Source: Vulcanimicrobiota bacterium
GTDB taxonomy: Bacteria > Vulcanimicrobiota > Vulcanimicrobiia > Vulcanimicrobiales > Vulcanimicrobiaceae
Assembly (NCBI GenBank): GCA_963756635.1
Contig: CAVWOR010000004.1
Coordinates: 265,788-329,787, forward strand
Length of the DNA stretch: 64,000 bases
Reading direction: 5' to 3'
Shown here piece by piece: positions 13,462 to 22,883 of this stretch (position 1 is its first letter; each line of letters opens with the position of its first letter). Made by a program: the position numbers and the translations under genes. The notes beneath the pieces are model-generated. The model was not told the origin of the DNA. It was given only the letters and a program-made list of their open reading frames with translations, and made no database searches.

Positions 13462-13620
13462 CTAGACGCGGAGGCCGCGTCCCGTGACTAAGTTGACGAT
13501 GACAAGGATCAGCACCACGACCAATAAGAGATGGATCAACCCTCCACCAAAGTGGAGTAAAAACCCGATCAGCCAAAAGAAGAATAAGATCACGATGATC
13601 GCCCACAGAATCCCTACCAT
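13462..13620 (-). CDS. lmo0937-family small membrane protein (52 aa)
   Basis: Not in the ORF track (<60 aa). TAGGAGGG lies 3 nt before the ATG at 13620. Translates MVGILWAIIVILFFFWLIGFLLHFGGGLIHLLLVVVLILVIVNLVTGRGLRV, the characteristic two-helix pattern with a central GGG. Confidence 0.7.
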   Translation of the reverse strand: MVGILWAIIVILFFFWLIGFLLHFGGGLIHLLLVVVLILVIVNLVTGRGLRV

Positions 13621-13795
13621 TTACCCTCCTAAATTACGTTAAGTGGCGGAAGGGCGCGGCCCCTTCCTTACCTGTTCTGCAGCAGTCTTCCCCATTCGGA
13701 GCGCGCTGAATCAGCAACGTCTCCCCAACGCTACGGCATCCGGGCCAGCACCAAGGCTCTCCAGCGTCTTTTTTGAAAGAGTCGAATCGGTGAAC

Positions 13796-16237
13796 ATGAA
13801 GCGATTCAGCGACCGAGAGCCATCGCCCGTTCCTAGCGAAGGCATGCTGCATTCGGTTCGAGTCGTCATGGCCCGAATGACCGAGGTACTCTGGCAAGCT
13901 GACGCCGCTGGGGTCATCACGGGCGTCACGCCCTGCCGCCCGAGTCTTCCAAGCGGCGAGGGCGAACTCGACCAAACGGAAGTCTCTCGCGTCGAACAGC
14001 TTTGGGGCCGGTGCGTTCGCTGCGCCGAGCGCTTTAGCGCGGTCTATCACGTGCGCAGTCCCGGCTCATCGCTTCGCACGTTTTTGGTGCAAGCGGTGCC
14101 GGTGCTCGACGAGCGCGACGACGTGCTCTACTGGTCCGGAAGCGCGGCAGAAGTGGATCGCTTCGCGGACTCGGGCAGCCGGTTCATCTCCGAATCAGGC
14201 GCCGCGCTTTCCTCGTCGCTCAATCGCGCGACGATCGTCAATCGCCTGTGCGAAGTATCCGCCGACCACTTCTGCGATCTCAGTGCCGTCCACTTGTTTG
14301 AGGACGACGGAGCCATACGCCTAGAAGCCGTTGCCAATCGGCGACCCGAACTTGACGTACCATCGGACCTCCTTGAGGCCGGCGCCCAAGAGGTCGTACG
14401 CACACGTCAACCGCTGCTCGTACTCTCCGCGACGCTGGGCGATGTGCGCGGGGAGACGCTGCAACGTCTTCTTCGAGCGGCAAGCGCGCGGTCAATGATC
14501 GTCGTGCCGCTGTTCGTGGGGAAGAGCTGCATCGGCACGTTGAGCTTGCTTGATTCGGAGCGGCCCGCTAGTTTCGCGGCGTGGGACATTGACATAGCCG
14601 TCGTGGTCGCCCGCCAACTCGCGATGGTCCTTGAGAACATCAAGACGTTCGAACGAGAGCAGCAGGTCACCGAGCGCTTTCGCTTCTTGGCCCGCGTCAC
14701 CGACTCTCTCTTGGCAACGCTCGATCCTGCGAAGATGTTCGAACACTTACTTCAAGCGCTCTGCGACGGCTTCGCCGATTACGGAGTTGTTGCTTCGTTA
14801 GCCGACTGCCAACTCCGGACCGTGGCCGCGGCAGGGACGAAGGCGAGGTTCCGGGACACCAGCGAGCGCGAGATTGTGGCCGCGCTGCGGGAGCGGCGCT
14901 CGATTCTGAGCGAAGCAATACCGGACGTCGGCCGCGGAGGCCGGCTTAAGGCAGGTCCGCTCTTTGAAACGACCCGTCCCCGTTCGTGGATCATGGTTCC
15001 ACTCTTCGTCGGCAAGGCAGTCTACGGAGGGCTCGTATGCTGTTCGAACTCGCACCGCTACGACCGCGGCCAACTCGAGCTTGTCGAAGAGATCGGACAG
15101 CGCGCATCGCTTGCGCTCCATCATGCCGAGAGCTTTGCGCGCGAACGGCGGCTGATTCAAACGCTTCAACAGGCGACGCTCCCCGCACGGTTGGCGAGTG
15201 TCGAGGGTGCGTCATTAAGCGCAATTTATCGTCCGGCAGCGTTGGAAGTAAAGGTCGGTGGCGACTGGTACGACGCGTTCGAGCTCGACGATCACCGCGT
15301 ATTGCTCACCGTCGGCGACGTCACCGGACATGGGCTCGAAGCATCCATCATTATGGGAAAACTTCGGCACGCTATCAACGTCGTTGCAATGTACGAACCG
15401 GATCCCGTACGAATCTTGGACGCTGCCGAGCGTGTCTTGTTGCGTCGTTATCCTAAGTCGGTCGCTACCGCTTTCGTGGGAATTTTCGATGGCTATAATC
15501 GTACGCTCACCTATGCCAATGCCGGACATCCGTATCCCATCTTGCGCTGCGCCGACGGGTCGCTCAAAGAACTCGAGGCCGCCGGACTGCCGATTGGACT
15601 ACGCTCCATGGGTCAACCGGCTCGGCCCGTCACGGAGTCTCTCAACAACGCCGCACTTCTTGCTCTCTACACCGACGGATTGACCGAGGCCACGCGCGAC
15701 ACGCTTGCCGGAGAGCGCCGGCTACGTGAGGCGCTCAGCACGGATGCCGTTTTCTACGTCGAAAGCCCGGCGGAGTTCCTCGAAAATGTTTGTCTGCACG
15801 ATCAGTCATCCGACGACGTTGCCATACTCCTACTAAACTTCGTCGAGTCGCAGCGCTGGACGTTTGACTCGAGCGACTGGCGCGCGGCTCGGCTCGCGCG
15901 AAAGAAGTTGCTGGCGCAGCTCGCGGCCTCAGCCGACTCCCGAGGCGACCTGGATGCGGCGGAACTCATCTTCGGAGAGCTGACGGCAAACGTCGCGCAA
16001 CACGCCGGCGGCCGAATCGAAGTCGCGCTCGAGTGGCGCAGCGGGAATGCCGTGCTTCACGTCATCGACCGCGGCACGGGATATGCCGCTACGGGCGCAC
16101 GGCGCGCCGACGTACTGACCGAGCACGGCCGCGGCCTGTGGTTGATTGAGCGCCTTGGAGCGCAACTCGAAGTCGAGGTGCTTCCAGGCTTCGGGACCCA
16201 CGTTCGCGCGGTGCTTCCGCCCCGCCGCGCGTTTTAG
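13796..16237 (+). CDS. multidomain signalling protein: PAS-like, GAF, GAF, PP2C (SpoIIE) phosphatase and RsbW-like HATPase kinase domain
   Basis: PP2C motifs GDWYDAFELDDHRVLLTVGDVTGHG and LYTDGLTEA. C-terminal LIFGELTANVAQHA..HVIDRGTGY..EHGRGLWLIERL matches anti-sigma Ser/Thr kinases. ATG 13796 (MKRFSD) chosen within the tracked ORF 13643-16237. Confidence 0.8.
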   Translation: MKRFSDREPSPVPSEGMLHSVRVVMARMTEVLWQADAAGVITGVTPCRPSLPSGEGELDQTEVSRVEQLWGRCVRCAERFSAVYHVRSPGSSLRTFLVQAVPVLDERDDVLYWSGSAAEVDRFADSGSRFISESGAALSSSLNRATIVNRLCEVSADHFCDLSAVHLFEDDGAIRLEAVANRRPELDVPSDLLEAGAQEVVRTRQPLLVLSATLGDVRGETLQRLLRAASARSMIVVPLFVGKSCIGTLSLLDSERPASFAAWDIDIAVVVARQLAMVLENIKTFEREQQVTERFRFLARVTDSLLATLDPAKMFEHLLQALCDGFADYGVVASLADCQLRTVAAAGTKARFRDTSEREIVAALRERRSILSEAIPDVGRGGRLKAGPLFETTRPRSWIMVPLFVGKAVYGGLVCCSNSHRYDRGQLELVEEIGQRASLALHHAESFARERRLIQTLQQATLPARLASVEGASLSAIYRPAALEVKVGGDWYDAFELDDHRVLLTVGDVTGHGLEASIIMGKLRHAINVVAMYEPDPVRILDAAERVLLRRYPKSVATAFVGIFDGYNRTLTYANAGHPYPILRCADGSLKELEAAGLPIGLRSMGQPARPVTESLNNAALLALYTDGLTEATRDTLAGERRLREALSTDAVFYVESPAEFLENVCLHDQSSDDVAILLLNFVESQRWTFDSSDWRAARLARKKLLAQLAASADSRGDLDAAELIFGELTANVAQHAGGRIEVALEWRSGNAVLHVIDRGTGYAATGARRADVLTEHGRGLWLIERLGAQLEVEVLPGFGTHVRAVLPPRRAF

Positions 16238-16295
16238 GTTCGTCGCTCGGAGCGACTCCAGGCGCTTTTTGCGCTGGTGTCGTACGCTACCGGCA

Positions 16296-16949
16296 ATGAA
16301 TCTTATCGTTGCGATTCTGCTCGTGATGGGAACCGCGACCGCGGCTCCGGCGCCGCCGCCCTCTCCGCCACCGGACGCCGCAACGATCTTGCAGCGCAGC
16401 CAAAGTCGATGGCAAGGTCTCAGCTCGTACGCAGTCCCCGTGAGCATCAGCGGTCACGTCCGGGTGAGCATCATCTCGTTGCCTTTCAAGATGACCGGAA
16501 CGCAGTATTACCAGGCTCCGGACCGGCAAGCGCTCCATCTCGATAATCCGCCCAGCATTGCGCGGGGCCTCGGCAACACGCTCTCGACCATGGGAACGCC
16601 ACAGACCTGGTTACGCGATTACGCGATTTCGACACCGAGTTCACAACCCCACGGCCACCATGCCGCCTATCTTTTAACCGGCATTCCTAAAGTAGCGAGC
16701 AGAGTCAAGAGCATGACCATGTGGGTGAGCGCTACGACGTATGCCATCGAGTCCGTCGCCTTCTTGTATACGAACGGAGCGACACTCGCAGTCACCTTCA
16801 GGCACCATCCAGGCGTCTCCCAATACCACTTGGCCCGCAGCGCGACGCTCGTCGCGAAATTCCCCGGCTATAGCGGTGACGCGACGATTACCTACGGCAC
16901 CTATCAATTCGACGGGGCGATTCCCGCGTCAGTCTTCCAGCAACACTAG
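16296..16949 (+). CDS. secreted hypothetical protein, possibly with a LolA-like lipoprotein-carrier fold
   Basis: ATG 16296 (MNLIVAILLVMGTATAAPAPP) gives a signal peptide. The remainder looks beta-rich. The fold assignment is weak. Confidence 0.4.
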   Translation: MNLIVAILLVMGTATAAPAPPPSPPPDAATILQRSQSRWQGLSSYAVPVSISGHVRVSIISLPFKMTGTQYYQAPDRQALHLDNPPSIARGLGNTLSTMGTPQTWLRDYAISTPSSQPHGHHAAYLLTGIPKVASRVKSMTMWVSATTYAIESVAFLYTNGATLAVTFRHHPGVSQYHLARSATLVAKFPGYSGDATITYGTYQFDGAIPASVFQQH

Positions 16950-19368
16950 AGGCGCTGAAGCTCTACGACGCAGAATCCCAGCGCATCCACGTCGATCGCG
17001 AAGCCATGTGCGAGTTTGCGACCGTCTAAGTTCTCGCGCTCCACCCATTCACCCAGCAGGCTCGTGAAATAGCGAACGCGATAGAGGCCGCGCAGCGAGC
17101 GCGCGAAGCGAAGTGGCGTCGTAACGGTGCGGGTCGCGGTGTTCCCCATGAAGATGACGAAATTGCTGCCCCGCTGCATGGCAATCTCGGTGACGTCATC
17201 GCCGAGTTGCAGCATCGGCGTCACATCGCGGTCGTACTTTTGCAAAGGCAAGTCGGACGTGCACGCGAAGGTCGCGTAGAGCGTCGGCTCGGGCGCTCGC
17301 GCCACGAACCACGTGAGCTGCTTTCCGCGAAACGATACGTTGCGCGCTCCCACCCACTTCCAGTGAGGCGGCAGAAGCGGATTGCAGCCTGGTTGGCGTC
17401 CATGGACTCGAAGCCCGCACGCGCCTTCAATCGCCGACCAGACGTAACGCGGTGGATACCACGGTGAAAGCATCATGCCTTGATTGGCGAGCGTTTCGCC
17501 GTGCAGCCACTCTGAGAACTGGCCTGGCACGGTGTTGTTCCGCCCGGGATCGCGCGAATAATGCTGGAAGCTCGTGCTCAATGCGTACGCCATAAAGCCG
17601 GGATTGTAACGCGCCGCGGCTATCGCGTACACGAACGTCAAGCCCACCCAAACGCCGCCGAGTAAACCCCAGCTTTGCGTCGGGCTATACTCGAGGTCGT
17701 CACGCGGCACCGTACGGATACCCGCCTCCGTCCAAAAGGAAGGCACGCTGAGGCGGCTGACGATTCGCGCCGCGGTTTCGCGATCGGCGACTCCGAGAAA
17801 GACCGGGAACAGCATGTCGGCCGTGACGTTGGAGCGCGGCCGCCCGTCGACATCAATATTGAGATAGTAGAGTCCGGTTTTAGGGTCGAGCAGGTGTCGG
17901 TTAATCGCCGCCCGCAGCGCCACCGCCTCGCGCTCAAAGCGTTGTTTATCTCTCTTCTTGCCAAGCGCTTCTGCCATCTCGGCCATGGCCACGAGCGCGG
18001 CGCAACATTCGGAGTTCACCTCCGTCGATGCGCCGGAGATTCGGTAATCGTCGATAATGTTGCGCCAGCCCACGATGCCCCACATAGAGGTCTTCGTCGA
18101 CGTGCACCAGACTAGTCCGCGCGCATCGCGCTGATCGAGGAGATATGTGGCGGCCCGTTTTGCGGCCGGATAGCACTCTCGAATGAAGCCGAGATCGCCG
18201 GTCACGAGGTGATGATGATTGAGTGCCAAGATCACCAATGGAGTATCATCGTTGACGTTCAGGCCGTAGTCATTCGACTCGCCGTTGCGAACGTCGTAAT
18301 ACTCGACGATTTTCCCGTTTCGTTGCGCGTTGCGAAAATACCAGCGCAACGACTCACGCGAGAATTCCGGCGTGACGAAATCCGATCCGAGCGCGAACGA
18401 AGCGGTGTCGCGGCCCACGCTATTATTGGAGCGTGTGGGGTCGTTGACAAAGCACCACCCCGTGGGGGCGTAGAGCTCCGTACGCAGCATGTTCGCTTTA
18501 GCCCAAAGGACTCCGCGGTTGATATGGGCGTCCGGCGTTACGACGACCGCGCGCTCGAGCACTTCCTTGTAGTGGTGCCGCGTTTGCGCGAGCGCCACCC
18601 GCGCGGGCGGCGCGCAACGGTAGCAGCGCCGCGCGCCGCGGGCTCCCTCCGGCGACCCAACCAGCGTGAAGGAAAGGCGCCGGCGCGTTCCCGGTGCCAG
18701 ACGGTGGCGATGATGGAAGAGCGCGATGGGATCGGCGACGTTGCGAGTGATGGAGTTTGAGAGTTTCCCCGCAAAGTGGGGCCGGATCATCTTGCCATGG
18801 TCGGCCGACACTTCGAAACTGGTGGGCGCGCGCGAAGATCCAAAGGCACGCCCTTGATTCGGTGCCGACACGTTCCACGCGACTATCGCGTGCAGCGCGG
18901 GGTCGTAGCTTACGCGAACGTCGCGAATGGTGTTGCCGCGCAACAGCGCTCCGGTGAAGCTGTGGAAATCGCGCGTTTCGTCCGAATCGTTGTGAATCTC
19001 GACGGTGACGTACGCGGTCAGGGGATCGACGTCGCTGCCGCGGGGCTTGCCGTTGAGGACGAAGAGTTTTTCAACAACGCTGACACCCTCGTCGATACGA
19101 TAAGCGTGCTCCTGGAAGTCTGTATGGATTCGAAATTGCCGTCGACCTTTGTGCGTCCCGCGCCGGTTGGTCCGTCCCAGAACTCGATTGAAATGCCCGA
19201 CATCAGCGTAACCCCGAGGTCGCTCGAGTAGAACTTCTCGATCGCGCCCGAGGCTTTAATGACGATCGCGCCTTTGGGGGCGCCGAGCGTGCTTCCCACG
19301 GCAAGCTGCGTGTCATCGACCTCGTAGGAAGCGATTCGTTCGCCGGAACCAAAGACTCGAGCATTCAC
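16946..19368 (-). pseudogene. amylo-alpha-1,6-glucosidase / glycogen-debranching-like (alpha/alpha)6 glycoside hydrolase, interrupted by one apparent frameshift
   Basis: The 665-aa ORF (16946-18943) stays open and protein-like upstream to ~19135 (QFRIHTDFQEHAYRIDEGVSVVEKLFVLNGKPRGSDVDPLTAYVTVEIHNDSDE..). The 116-aa ORF 19018-19368 supplies an N-terminus ending ..RTKVDGNF in another frame. The frames meet at ggcaatttcgaatcc (19126-19140). Confidence 0.7.
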
Positions 19369-19425
19369 TAAAAATCGATTGCTTGCTTAAGAGGCGCGCT
19401 CCTCCTAAAGGCTAATCGCTCACCC

Positions 19426-20435
19426 GTGTTGATGCTTGCCATCGAAACGTCCTGCGACGATACCGCCGCGGCCATCGTGTGCGACGGGCGCGACGTTCTC
19501 GCCAGCGTCGCAACCAATCAAGATGCCTTTCACGCAAAGTACGGCGGCATCGTTCCCGAGATCGCAAGCCGCCGACACGTGGCATTACTTTCCGCGGCAG
19601 TCGAAGACGCGCTTGGGCGTGCGCAGTTATCGTTTGGGGACGTTGAGGGCATCGCGGTAACGTGCGGGCCCGGTCTCATCGGGAGCCTCGTCGTCGGCGT
19701 CGCCGCAGCCAAAGCATACGCGTTCGCACTGCGCCGGCCGCTTTACGCAGTTAATCACCTCCACGGCCACGTTTTCGCGCCTTTCCTTGGTCGCCAAGAG
19801 CCCCCGCCCTATCCATTTCTCACCCTCCTCGTGTCGGGTGGCCACTCGCAGCTCGTTGCGGTCGACTCGGCAACGCGCATGCGCATTCTCGGACACACAC
19901 TCGACGACGCCGCGGGCGAGGCCTACGACAAAACAGCGCGTCTGCTCGGCCTTCCCTATCCCGGCGGGCCGGCACTCGACGCGATGGCGCAAGCCGGCAA
20001 CCCACGTGCCTATGCATTTCCACGTCATCGCACCGCGGGCGATTCGCTCGACCTTTCCTTCTCGGGATTGAAGACATCGGTGCGCTACTTCTTGGAATCA
20101 CACGGCGGCCGCGACGCTAAGCCCGAGGACGTCGCGGCTTCGTTTCAGGCCGCGGTCGTCGACGTCCTCATGGCGCGCCTTCAGGCGGCCTACGAACGCG
20201 CTTCATACAATGCCGTGGTGCTCTCGGGCGGCGTCGCGGCGAACTCGGCGCTCCAGGCGGCATTCGATGCCTGGAGCAGCGCCACGGGATCCCCGCCTTC
20301 GTTCCGCCTCCGCAGTACTGCACCGACAACGCCGCGATGATCGCCGCCGCGGCCTTCTATCAGCGCGATGCGACGCGCGCCGATCCGCTCACGCTCTGCG
20401 CCGATCCCAACCTGCCGTTCGAGCTCCCGGCGTAG
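19426..20435 (+). pseudogene. tsaD: tRNA N6-adenosine threonylcarbamoyltransferase TsaD (Kae1/Gcp), C-terminus displaced by an apparent frameshift (probably a sequence error)
   Basis: Family motifs AIETSCDDTAAAI, GGIVPEIASRRH, GPGLIGSLVVG, VNHLHGH. The conserved C-terminus GIPAFVPPPQYCTDNAAMIAAAAFYQR..LPFELPA, ending TAG 20433-20435, is in a different frame from about 20285. The tracked ORF ends at 20340 with unrelated residues. Confidence 0.85.
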
Positions 20436-20580
20436 GATTCGCCGACCGATTCCAGTTAGGCTACATCGGCAAGATTCTCCTTTGCGCCAGGAAACGCGGC
20501 CTCGTCCCTGAACCACGCTTGCCGGGCGATGCGTTCCAGCACCTACGCTGCCGCGTTTTACCGCCCGCATTGGAGCACTC

Positions 20581-21080
20581 ATGAAACTGATGATCACCAC
20601 GATCCTCTGCAGCTGCGCGTTCCTCGGTTTTAGCGCAGCCGGAGCCTCGGCGCAGACGAGTTACACGCTTTCCGGCACCTGCAAGGTCTCGATGCAGAAG
20701 AGCATCCCGGCCGGAGATGAGGCGGGCCACACCTTCGTCATTCAGGCCGGAAAATGCACCGATAAAGAATCGATGGCCGGCGCGACCGCCACGGGCGGTC
20801 AATACGCCGAACACTCCGACGCTACTGCGAGCAGTTCGAAGGTGCCGGCATCTTCACCGTCACGTACAACACCGGCGACAAGATGTTCTACCGGTACTCG
20901 ATTTCGGTCTCAACCAAGAACGGCGTCGTGCAGTCCGGTACGGGAACGTTTATGGCGGTCGGCGGTACCGGCAAGATGAAGGGCGTTGCGGCGAAAGGCA
21001 CGTGCACCTTCGGCCCGGGCCCGACCTCGGGGACAAACACGTACATGTGTACCGGCCAATACACAGGGGGGTCGCCGTAG
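20581..21080 (+). pseudogene. small secreted protein, split by an apparent frameshift
   Basis: ORF 20581-20979 has a signal peptide (MKLMITTILCSCAFLGFSAAGASA) and turns low-complexity after ..GGQYAEHSDA. The adjacent frame reads YCEQFEGAGIFTVTYNTGDKMFYRYSISV..CTGQYTGGSP to the stop at 21080. Confidence 0.55.
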
Positions 21081-21243
21081 CTGACCACCCGAGTTGACGC
21101 GGTCCGGGTGCCACAGCGTCCGGACCCGCATCGTCGATCGAAGCCGCACAAACCGAGCCCAACGCGTTAAGCGCCGCGATCTGAACTGCGAGGCGGCTGC
21201 GAGCCACGCCGCCGCGGTGCTCTTTGGTTAAATAACTCTCAGG

Positions 21244-21594
21244 CTAAGGCGGACCAGGTTTAACATCTGCCCGAAATAAGTAACGACCTTCCACGGGTTT
21301 GCAATCAACTACCTTTGGGCTGTAAGTCGAGGCGCGAGCGGCTTGAATCACTGCAGCGTCAACAGCGGAATAGCCGCTGGAGTGCGAAATCGTGGCGCTT
21401 TCTACTGAACCGTCAGCGCCGACCAACACCGTGGCCTCCACCGTAAATGGCCCCGCTGGAGCCAGCGACCGAGGGAGTTCTGGCATAACAGGCATCAGGA
21501 TGGTGGCTTCATGCAAGCAAGGCCCGGTCGGAAGTGGCGACGGTGGCGGTGAAACCTGCGCCAATAACGCCGTAAGCACGACAGCGAACGTCAC
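21244..21594 (-). CDS. TonB C-terminal-domain-like protein
   Basis: 116 aa: short hydrophobic N-terminus, a Pro-rich stretch, then VEATVLVGADGSVESATISHSSGYSAVDAAVIQAARASTYSP, typical of the TonB_C fold. GC looks lower than the flanks. Confidence 0.55.
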   Translation of the reverse strand: MTFAVVLTALLAQVSPPPSPLPTGPCLHEATILMPVMPELPRSLAPAGPFTVEATVLVGADGSVESATISHSSGYSAVDAAVIQAARASTYSPKVVDCKPVEGRYLFRADVKPGPP

Positions 21595-21808
21595 GGTTTC
21601 GTATTAGGCGGCCAAACAACTCACTCCCCTGCTTTGGATGAAGCGCCCGAGTATAGAGGAGGCATGGCAACGGGGAGTTTAAGGGTCAAAGAGCAGACAG
21701 GATCGAAGCCTCTCTTGACTCGGAACTGGAGTAAGTAAAGCGCTTGAGGTGAGGGCGACTCGGAACTTTTGTCGTGGAACCTTCCTTCTGAAGAGCCCTC
21801 GTTACTCG

Positions 21809-21825
21809 CACCCATCCGTCACCCA
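21809..21825 (+). repeat. left copy of the 17-nt direct repeat cacccatccgtcaccca
   Basis: Identical 17-mer recurs at 22792-22808. Similarity continues as cgac..tag.cc in both copies. Confidence 0.8.
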
Positions 21826-22084
21826 CGACTAGCCACGGAGGCATACGTGTTGGCACGGCTTGTCAGCCCATTTTCCATAAAGCCAATGCAAAAAGGCAAG
21901 CAACAGCCGCCGCGTCATACGAGCGGATAACTGCAAAGATGAGTAAATAAAATGAAAACGATAATAAGCATACTTGTCGCGTTGTTCATCACGAGCAGCG
22001 TTGCGCTGGCGGGCGATACTCCAAACTACATCGCGATCGATTACAACGTGTCGGGTACATCATCCACCGTTGACGCCCGCTCAA

Positions 22085-22378
22085 ATGGCGAGGATTCAGC
22101 AAATACTGGCGCGAGTAAAGCCATGTCAACGTCCCTTAGTACGATATGCTTTCGTGCCGCATGACCGCGCCATACCATTTCTGGTAGGGGAGGAGGATGG
22201 ACTAGCATTCTTCTTCTATACGAATGATGAAGATGAAGCGGGCGAAATCTTACATGTTTTCGATACGAACAATATATACGATCGGGAAGATGTAGGACTC
22301 ATACCAGGAATGCGGCCGTATCCAAGTATCCAGCAAGATATTGATGAGCAACCTGTGCCCGGATGGAAAGAGCGATGA
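22085..22378 (+). CDS. hypothetical small protein, islet paralog 1
   Basis: ATG 22085 (MARIQQILARV..LVRYAF..EEDGLAFFFY..ILHVFD..QQDIDEQPVP). Paralogous to 22512-22727. Overlapped in another frame by a 70-aa ORF with a signal peptide (21952-22164), so the true N-terminus is uncertain. Confidence 0.45.
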   Translation: MARIQQILARVKPCQRPLVRYAFVPHDRAIPFLVGEEDGLAFFFYTNDEDEAGEILHVFDTNNIYDREDVGLIPGMRPYPSIQQDIDEQPVPGWKER

Positions 22379-22428
22379 CAACGCTTAGGTAGTGGCGTGC
22401 ATCATTGCCCTCGGGAACGCACCGAGCT

Positions 22429-22453
22429 GCCCCGACGAATAAGTTGTCGGGGC
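22429..22453 (+). terminator. hairpin after paralog 1 (weak terminator candidate)
   Basis: gccccgac-gaataagtt-gtcggggc, an 8-bp stem, followed by tcttcc (poor U-tract). Confidence 0.3.
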
Positions 22454-22511
22454 TCTTCCGCTGCTGCCGCTCGCGCGACGATTTAGAAAATGGCATGATG
22501 AAATAGCGGCC

Positions 22512-22727
22512 TTGGTGCGATACGCTATAGACCGTTATGAAAAAGACGGCATCGCGCTCTTTTTTGGGGTGTACCCAAATACGTTTATGCACGTTTTCGG
22601 TTCGCCCGACGCGTACTATATGCCATCGATGGGCGTGTTCGCAGGCCCCCCTGACAACTCGGATATTGAGGGCCAAACGAAGCAAGGCATCCAATGGGAC
22701 ATTGACCTCCAACCGAGCCCGAAATGA
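22512..22727 (+). CDS. hypothetical small protein, islet paralog 2
   Basis: TTG 22512 (LVRYAIDRYEKDGIALFFGVY..FMHVFG..IQWDIDLQPSP) aligns block by block with paralog 1. The start is uncertain because the frame is open from 22443. Confidence 0.4.
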   Translation: MVRYAIDRYEKDGIALFFGVYPNTFMHVFGSPDAYYMPSMGVFAGPPDNSDIEGQTKQGIQWDIDLQPSPK

Positions 22728-22791
22728 GCTTCGTCGGGGACTACGGCGGCTGCATCGTCTCTGGGCGCATGCCACCTCTCCGAAAATCCGT

Positions 22792-22808
22792 CACCCATCC
22801 GTCACCCA
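22792..22808 (+). repeat. right copy of the 17-nt direct repeat cacccatccgtcaccca
   Basis: Embedded in a local 11-nt tandem (atccgtcaccc x2, 22787-22808). About 75 nt from the 3' end of tRNA-Arg. Confidence 0.8.
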
Positions 22809-22883
22809 AACGACCTAGGCCTAGCGCTTAAGCGAGAAGTGCAACCGTCGGAAAGTTCTATGCAAACGCTGGGCTTTTTAAAT

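Noticed and set aside
22299-22775. 158-aa minus-strand ORF spanning both islet paralogs, and the 64-aa ORF 21621-21815
   Set aside because: There is no SD or family resemblance. The first is antisense to two mutually paralogous plus-strand ORFs, which are better supported by their internal similarity.
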